In this document: piece by piece, positions 58,481-64,000 of the stretch
How positions within the stretch are numbered: the stretch's first letter is position 1
Layout: every line of letters begins with the position of its first letter
NCBI GenBank assembly: GCA_046704725.1
Contig: JBJKRI010000005.1
Location: 160,001-224,000, forward strand
Direction of reading: 5' to 3'
From: Candidatus Woesearchaeota archaeon
GTDB taxonomy: Archaea; Nanobdellota; Nanobdellia; Woesearchaeales; SKIA01
Length of the DNA: 64,000 bases
The notes under the pieces: generated by a model
The model's input: the letters and a program-made list of their open reading frames with translations, nothing else
Told to the model about the DNA's origin: nothing
The model's database searches: none
Position numbers and translations under genes: made by a program

Positions 58481-59857
58481 ATGGTGCTAAAGTACGGTGG
58501 ATACACGTTCGACACGATCGATACCGACAGCGCCGTCCTGAAGCATCCAGGATTCCGCAGGCAATTCCAGATCATGCAGCTGGGACAGATTGAAGCTATC
58601 CATTCCGGCGCAACGCAGATGCGCTATGATCATGGCGAAGTATCTTCGTACATTGATTATCATATGTATATGGTTCTCGCGTCCAAAGGTCGTGAACCTC
58701 CTGTGGCAAGAAATGATTCTGTGCTCCATACGCGAGTGCATGATATCGGTCACATGACCTACTCCCATCTTACGGAATACTTAATCAAGGCGCGCACAGG
58801 TATCGATCACCATGAAAACGGTGTGCGTATCCTTACTTCACACCTTCGGGACAGCAGGGGACGAACCTTACTCGATGCGATAGAGAGCGATGGCGGAAGC
58901 CCTGACATCGTGCTGGCGATGATGCGTGGAGACCCTGCATACCTTTCCGCGACGGATCTCTGTCGCAACAAAGCCCTGGGTGCTGATAAGCTCGCATACA
59001 CCTGGCAGGATGCACTGCGAGTGAATTTCGACCAGTTGCCTCCAAGCTGGGAAAAGCTCATCACATCTCTGACCTTCGTCGACTCCGGTCTGGGCGTAGA
59101 TATCAACTCGCACGACGGTCGCTTCAACGATCCAATCGGCGTTGTGGAAGCGATGCAGAATTTCTATCAGCGCATGTACACGGAGGTATACCTCCATCCA
59201 GCAAGTCTCTCGCTGGAACGGAGCATCCAACGCGCTCTCGAGCACTCGATGAACGGGGGCGCATTCACCCCACTCGAAGTCCTCGACTTCACCGACGGTG
59301 CGCTCATAAATCGAATCAAAGACGCGGAGGTAGCGAATGACCACATCCGTCAGGCGCACCACCACATTAGCGCATACATCGAACGTTCTCCTTGGGAGAG
59401 CGTGGTCGCGTTCAAATTGGATGTCCGGTCGAAGCTCCGCGAAGAGGCAGCATTTGAGATTGACCCTGGATTCAAGACCCAGTTCCTGAATCGTTTCCAA
59501 GATCCGCAAGAGCTCACGAGACTTGAAGAGAGACTCTCAAGCGAGCTCAAACACGAGGTCCTTATCTCGGTATTGCCGGATCCGGAAAAGGTCTACCCGA
59601 TAGACATTCCGCTCTACGCGGGAGCGAGGATGGTGGATACGCTCCAGAATCTCGATCCATCGCACTTCGACCGTCTCAACTCCCAGGCGAACCGCACTTT
59701 TGCTATCCGAGTGCTCACACACCCAGGCACGCACGAGCAGATGCTGAATCGTGCCGATGAGATCGCAGAGAAGTTCAACGGGGTGGCCCGAGAATTCATG
59801 GAACAGACCGAACTGAAACTGCCGCCTGCGAAGGGAACTGCCTCAACTATCCGATAG
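58481..59857 (+). CDS. HD-domain phosphohydrolase (SAMHD1/YdhJ-like, divergent)
   Basis: IMQLG...GATQMRYDH, HDIGH..YSH, HHE, ADKLAY..QD, MYTEVYLHP; start could be 58457. Confidence 0.8.
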   Translation: MVLKYGGYTFDTIDTDSAVLKHPGFRRQFQIMQLGQIEAIHSGATQMRYDHGEVSSYIDYHMYMVLASKGREPPVARNDSVLHTRVHDIGHMTYSHLTEYLIKARTGIDHHENGVRILTSHLRDSRGRTLLDAIESDGGSPDIVLAMMRGDPAYLSATDLCRNKALGADKLAYTWQDALRVNFDQLPPSWEKLITSLTFVDSGLGVDINSHDGRFNDPIGVVEAMQNFYQRMYTEVYLHPASLSLERSIQRALEHSMNGGAFTPLEVLDFTDGALINRIKDAEVANDHIRQAHHHISAYIERSPWESVVAFKLDVRSKLREEAAFEIDPGFKTQFLNRFQDPQELTRLEERLSSELKHEVLISVLPDPEKVYPIDIPLYAGARMVDTLQNLDPSHFDRLNSQANRTFAIRVLTHPGTHEQMLNRADEIAEKFNGVAREFMEQTELKLPPAKGTASTIR

Positions 59858-60125
59858 CGCGGCGGACGTCGACCGTCTCGCAGCTCATGACGCCGTCGAG
59901 CGCCTCGATCTCCTTCTCGAGAGAATCAGGGGAACCGAGGTTCTCGTCCATGACGAACGTGATCTTCAATGCCTTCAAGCCGAAGGCGACAGGCTCGACC
60001 TCGGAACGCGTCTCTCCCTTGCCGGCGAACGACGCGATACGCTCGATGGCCTGGTCGCGAAGCGCGTCCAGGTCGGCCTCGACCTGGTCGGGCATAATCT
60101 TGACGGTGACGACGGCGTTTGCCAT
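59847..60125 (-). CDS. ef1b: Translation elongation factor aEF-1beta
   Basis: VKIMP...DLD, EPVAFGLKAL, DVRR. Confidence 0.93.
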   Translation of the reverse strand: MANAVVTVKIMPDQVEADLDALRDQAIERIASFAGKGETRSEVEPVAFGLKALKITFVMDENLGSPDSLEKEIEALDGVMSCETVDVRRAIG

Positions 60126-60220
60126 GCTTTCCGCAAACCGGGGGCTCTTTAAGAACATACCGTTTTCTGCATGGAACCTTCTTGCACAGGGTTTTAGAAG
60201 CGCGAACGCATAGGGCACCT

Positions 60221-60922
60221 ATGCTCGGACACACGTATATCGACCGTGGGACGGAAAAGACCGTCGTGCTCCTGCATGGTATCGCGTCGGACCGTACGCA
60301 ATTGCGGAGATTCTGGGACCTGCCCTACAACATCCTGGCTGTGGACCTGTTCAACGAAGGCACGCGCCTGGAACGCGTGCGTCCCGACATCGAGGAGTTG
60401 CTGGCGCTCCACCACGTGGAACGATTCGTGCTCGTGGGCTACAGCCTCGGAGGGTACGTCGCGCAATACTTGCTGGTCAAGGGCATGCGGCCCGAAGCGG
60501 TGGTGCTCATCGCCGCAGGGGTGCGGCTGCCGCACGGACGGCTCATGCACAACATCGAATCGCTCAACACGGCGTCGCCGGATCGGACGCAGCGAGCGCT
60601 CGCGCGCATCATCACGTGGTACCGGTCGGTGCGCGGCGAGCCGCCCGAAAGACCTCCGACGCCCGAGGATATCCAATCGACTCTCTCGTTCCTGTCCGCG
60701 CTGGACGAGCACGACTTCGGGAAGGAGCTGGAAGGATTGTCCGTGCTCACGCTCGTCCTGCAAGGGAGCGGGGATTGGGTCGTTCCGGCATCGCTCGCCA
60801 GGCCGTTGGCGAAGACGCTCCAAAAAGCGCGCTACGTGGAATGGAAGACGGACCACAGCACCGTGATAGATGATCCTCGCTCGACGCGACTGCTCAGAGA
60901 ATTCCTCAGTTCGGCCCCGTGA
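60221..60922 (+). CDS. Alpha/beta hydrolase
   Basis: LLHG, VGYSLGG, LQGSGDWVV, DH. Confidence 0.85.
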   Translation: MLGHTYIDRGTEKTVVLLHGIASDRTQLRRFWDLPYNILAVDLFNEGTRLERVRPDIEELLALHHVERFVLVGYSLGGYVAQYLLVKGMRPEAVVLIAAGVRLPHGRLMHNIESLNTASPDRTQRALARIITWYRSVRGEPPERPPTPEDIQSTLSFLSALDEHDFGKELEGLSVLTLVLQGSGDWVVPASLARPLAKTLQKARYVEWKTDHSTVIDDPRSTRLLREFLSSAP

Positions 60923-61070
60923 AACCGCACTTGGAGCACGTGTAGCGCACGACGATCTCGCGGCTGTGCCGGGAGCGCACAATCGTCTCCTCGCCGCAGT
61001 CCGGGCAGGGGAACTGGACAGAGCCCGCGTCGTTCGCGACGCTCTGGTTCGAAGCGTTATCCATCTTCAT
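60906..61070 (-). CDS. DUF1610/HVO_2753-like zinc-ribbon protein, half the Cys lost
   Basis: FPCPDCGE..I.R...R....YTCSKCGFTGP; family is normally just upstream of ef1b. Confidence 0.85.
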   Translation of the reverse strand: MKMDNASNQSVANDAGSVQFPCPDCGEETIVRSRHSREIVVRYTCSKCGFTGPN

Positions 61071-61101
61071 ACGGGACGCGAACGGCCTTGCCTTTATAAG
61101 G

Positions 61102-62664
61102 TTAGCCGTGGCGGCGGGACGCCGCGGAGACAAGCCCCATGAACAATGGGGCCGGGCGGTCCAGCGAGCTCTTGAGCTCGGGATGCGCCTGGGTGCCGAC
61201 GAAGTACGGATGGCCGGGCAGCTCGATGAACTCGACGAGACGGCCGTTCATCCCTGCGAAGACCATGCCGTGCTCCTCGAGGGTGTCGTGATAGTCGGGA
61301 TTGACCTCGAATCGGTGCCGGTGCCGCTCGGAGACCTGCGTGCTCTTGTAGAGCGCGCGGATGATGCCGTCGCGCAGCTCCGCCTGGCACGCGCCGAGGC
61401 GCATGGTTCCACCCTTCTGGGATACCTCGAGCTGCTCGGGGAGGATGTCGATGACCGGATGGGGGGTCTTTGGATCGACCTCGGTCGTGTTCGCACCCTC
61501 CAGGCCGCAGACATTGCGCGCGAACTCCACGACCGCGAGCTGCATGCCGTAGCAGATGCCGAGGAAGGGGATGCGCTTCTCACGGCACTCCTTGATGACC
61601 GCGATCTTGCCCTCGATGCCCCGGTCGCCGAAACCGCCGGGGACGATGACGCCGTCGATGCCGTCAAGGGCGTCGGACGCGTCCGACAGGTCGGTCGTGT
61701 CTATCCACTTGAGAGCGACGCGCACCCCGAGGTGCGCCGAGCAGTGCTTGAGGGCCTCCACGATGGAGGCGTAGGAATCCTCGAGGGTCGTGTACTTTCC
61801 CGCGATGCCGATGGTGATCGCTCGACGCGCGTTCGCCAAGGCGTGCAGGCGCTCCTCCCAGCGCGGGTCGTACTTCGCCGAGAGTCTGAGACGCTGATTG
61901 AGGAAATCGAGCAGTCCTTGTTCGTGGAAGTTGCGCGGGATGTCGTAGACGTCTGGGAGGTCGTGCCCCGACACGACAAGGGAGACGCCCGTGAACATGC
62001 GGATCTTCTCCTTGATATCGTCGTCGACCGGCTCGGCGCTGCGCGTGATGATGACGTCGGGGATGATTCCTCGCTGGAGCAGGAGCTGCACGGACTGCTG
62101 GGTAGGTTTTGTCTTGTGCTCTCCCGTCCATGCAGGCTTGGGAACATAGGTGAGATGGACGAACAGCGCGTTCTCCTTGCCCAGCTCGATTGCGAGCTGC
62201 CGGGCGGCCTCGTAGTACAATTCGGCCTCCATGTCGCCGACCGTGCCGCCGATCTCGAGGAGCGTGACATCGCCATCCTGTCCGAGCGTCCTGATGGTCT
62301 CCTTGATGTGGTCCACGACGTGCGGAAGGAGCTGCACGGTCTTGCCGAGGAAGTCGCCGCGACGCTCCTTGAGGCGGATCTCGTCATAGATGCGTCCCAT
62401 CGTGAGGCTGTGCTCTTTCCTGCAGCGCACGCCCAAGAAGCGCTCGTAATGGCCGAAGTCCATGTCCACCTCGGCGCCGTCGTCAAGCACGAAGACCTCG
62501 CCGTGCTCGAAGGGGTTCATCGTGCCGGGATCGACGTTGAGGTACCCGTCGCACTTGATGGGGACCACGCGGTACTCGCTGCTGAGGAGGCGGCCGATGC
62601 TCGCTGCGGCGACCCCCTTGCCCAGTCCGGATAGGACTCCCCCCGTGACGACAATAAGCTTCAC
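61102..62664 (-). CDS. pyrG: CTP synthase
   Basis: TGGVLSGLGKG, NVDPGTMNP.EHGEVFV, KTKPTQ, PGGFG.RG, GICYGMQ, RHRHRFE, QAHPE. Confidence 0.97.
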   Translation of the reverse strand: MKLIVVTGGVLSGLGKGVAAASIGRLLSSEYRVVPIKCDGYLNVDPGTMNPFEHGEVFVLDDGAEVDMDFGHYERFLGVRCRKEHSLTMGRIYDEIRLKERRGDFLGKTVQLLPHVVDHIKETIRTLGQDGDVTLLEIGGTVGDMEAELYYEAARQLAIELGKENALFVHLTYVPKPAWTGEHKTKPTQQSVQLLLQRGIIPDVIITRSAEPVDDDIKEKIRMFTGVSLVVSGHDLPDVYDIPRNFHEQGLLDFLNQRLRLSAKYDPRWEERLHALANARRAITIGIAGKYTTLEDSYASIVEALKHCSAHLGVRVALKWIDTTDLSDASDALDGIDGVIVPGGFGDRGIEGKIAVIKECREKRIPFLGICYGMQLAVVEFARNVCGLEGANTTEVDPKTPHPVIDILPEQLEVSQKGGTMRLGACQAELRDGIIRALYKSTQVSERHRHRFEVNPDYHDTLEEHGMVFAGMNGRLVEFIELPGHPYFVGTQAHPELKSSLDRPAPLFMGLVSAASRRHG

Positions 62665-62778
62665 GGAATATGCCTTCGGGAACGTCGTATTTATGGATTG
62701 CTGTTGTGCGGACGGAAAATCTCCGGTTTTTCACGGGTTCGACGGAGAGCTTGCGGCCCTTCCGGACCGCCTACGGCT

Positions 62779-63351
62779 TCAGGCGAAGGTCTGCCACAAG
62801 CCCTGGTAGACGGTGAAACCGTCGAAGCCCGGGATGGGCAGCATGTTGAAGATGAACAGGAAGCCGTTGATGAAGCGCATGTAGAGCCAGAATCGCGTCG
62901 CGCCCTCGCCCATCCTCTTGGTGCGCAAGACGACGAAGGAGACGAGATAGAGCAAGAGATTCACGCCCGGCCCGCCGAACGCGATGGCGCTGGACTGCAG
63001 CGGCGTGGCCGAGCCGATGATGGAGACGTACGCCGGCACGATGATGAGGAACGGGAAGCTCACGAGCTTGAGCAGGACGCCGGCCGCCAACCAGACGTAC
63101 GCCGCGTGGAAGGTCGCCGTCAACCCCTCGCCGAGCGCGACGAACTTATGGCCGAGCTCGTGCAGGAGAATGGACGGCGCGACAATCGCCGCGGAGTACC
63201 AGAAGCGGCTGGTCCACGACGACCGTTGCTTGTAGGCCTGCAGCGGGTCGTGGCTGGCGGGGCGCTTGAACATGTCCATGAAGATGAAGCCCGCGGCGGC
63301 GGTCATCAGTATCATGTCGAGGATCTCTTGCCAGGTGAACACGAACGCCAC
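62779..63351 (-). CDS. Site-2 (M50) membrane metalloprotease
   Basis: HELGH, FGGPGVN, NMLPIPGFDG; start uncertain. Confidence 0.9.
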   Translation of the reverse strand: MAFVFTWQEILDMILMTAAAGFIFMDMFKRPASHDPLQAYKQRSSWTSRFWYSAAIVAPSILLHELGHKFVALGEGLTATFHAAYVWLAAGVLLKLVSFPFLIIVPAYVSIIGSATPLQSSAIAFGGPGVNLLLYLVSFVVLRTKRMGEGATRFWLYMRFINGFLFIFNMLPIPGFDGFTVYQGLWQTFA

Positions 63352-63430
63352 GCTTGGGCCAGCACAACCCCCCTTAAATAGCTTGTGCGACACAAAGGTT
63401 TTATAAGTCGGTTTGCCGGCTCACGACGGG

Positions 63431-63808
63431 ATGAGAGCGCTGAATCTATCGTTGCTCGCTGTACTGGCGGTCGGTGGGATGCTGATCATCGCATTCTCGC
63501 ACCCGCAGCCGACCGCGGACGTCGTGGCGAAATCGCCATTGGTCAAGGTCGTGCAGGCCTTCCCGGTCAAGGGCGACTACGACCTGAACGGTGACGGACG
63601 CATAGACGTGCCAGACACGGTAGTGCTGCAGCGTGTCCTGGACGGCAGCGCATTGTGCCCTGCGGGAAAGGATTGCGACGTGAACGGTGATGGCGTCGTG
63701 AACGCGCAGGACCTTGCGCAGCTCAACCTGCTCATCGTCCAGCGGCCGGACATCCAGGCGCAGCCATTGCCGCAGACCGTCTTCTGGCCCGGCGCGACGC
63801 TCGCCTAG
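63431..63808 (+). CDS. Membrane-anchored dockerin type I domain protein
   Basis: N-terminal TM; DLNGDGRIDVPD and DVNGDGVVNAQD duplicated Ca-binding loops. Confidence 0.85.
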   Translation: MRALNLSLLAVLAVGGMLIIAFSHPQPTADVVAKSPLVKVVQAFPVKGDYDLNGDGRIDVPDTVVLQRVLDGSALCPAGKDCDVNGDGVVNAQDLAQLNLLIVQRPDIQAQPLPQTVFWPGATLA

Positions 63809-63999
63809 ACGAGGATACGTCTCTCGCCCTGATGCGCCTCGAGGAACGAGCGCGCCTCATCGTAGCGACGGACCTGCCCTTCCTGGTGCAAGCGCTTGAG
63901 CATGCGACGGATAGCGCTGCGGTGCCCGCTGGTATGGACGCTCGTCAAACGGCCTTCCCTGCTGATGTACAGCGTGCCCTGGTGCTCGAAGACGTGGAT
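63805..63999 (-). CDS. 3' end of a hypothetical protein (truncated by window edge)
   Basis: Open frame from the window end, IHVFEHQG...RRILV*. Confidence 0.5.
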   Translation of the reverse strand: MHVFEHQGTLYISREGRLTSVHTSGHRSAIRRMLKRLHQEGQVRRYDEARSFLEAHQGERRILV

Positions 64000-64000
64000 C

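Overview
High-GC chromosomal segment of an archaeon, most consistent with a DPANN/Woesearchaeota-like lineage. This is inferred from archaeal core genes (eS1, aEF-1beta, proteasome beta next to aCPSF1/FttA, ABCE1, Bud32, TrmI, MetAP2, SEC11-type signal peptidase, archaellin, class III pilins), BRE-TATA promoters, and many bacterial-type accessory genes (gyrB, Pol II-like PolB, LemA, YtxJ, MATE, GlgP). The window holds about 95 plausible CDS, three intronless tRNAs (Cys-GCA, Arg-TCT, Ser-CGA) and a type IV pilus locus. I found no CRISPR array, transposase, integrase or intein. The most unusual region is 30.5-34.7 kb: the PolB2 damage-tolerance triad (inactive RadA-like, small helical partner, PolB2) is split by a RelBE-type toxin-antitoxin pair flanked by 23/26-nt direct repeats, and by a three-gene microprotein operon (one carrying a classic C2H2 finger) next to a very AT-rich palindromic tract. 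A recurring ORB-like CACYGGAC box sits 47-56 nt upstream of these genes, of the other PolB and of a Cys-rich microprotein. Other oddities are a porin-like beta-barrel candidate, an animal-type GMP synthase, a Lit-like transacylase and a LemA-GIDE-GIDE cluster. All family assignments come from motif recognition by eye; no searches were run.
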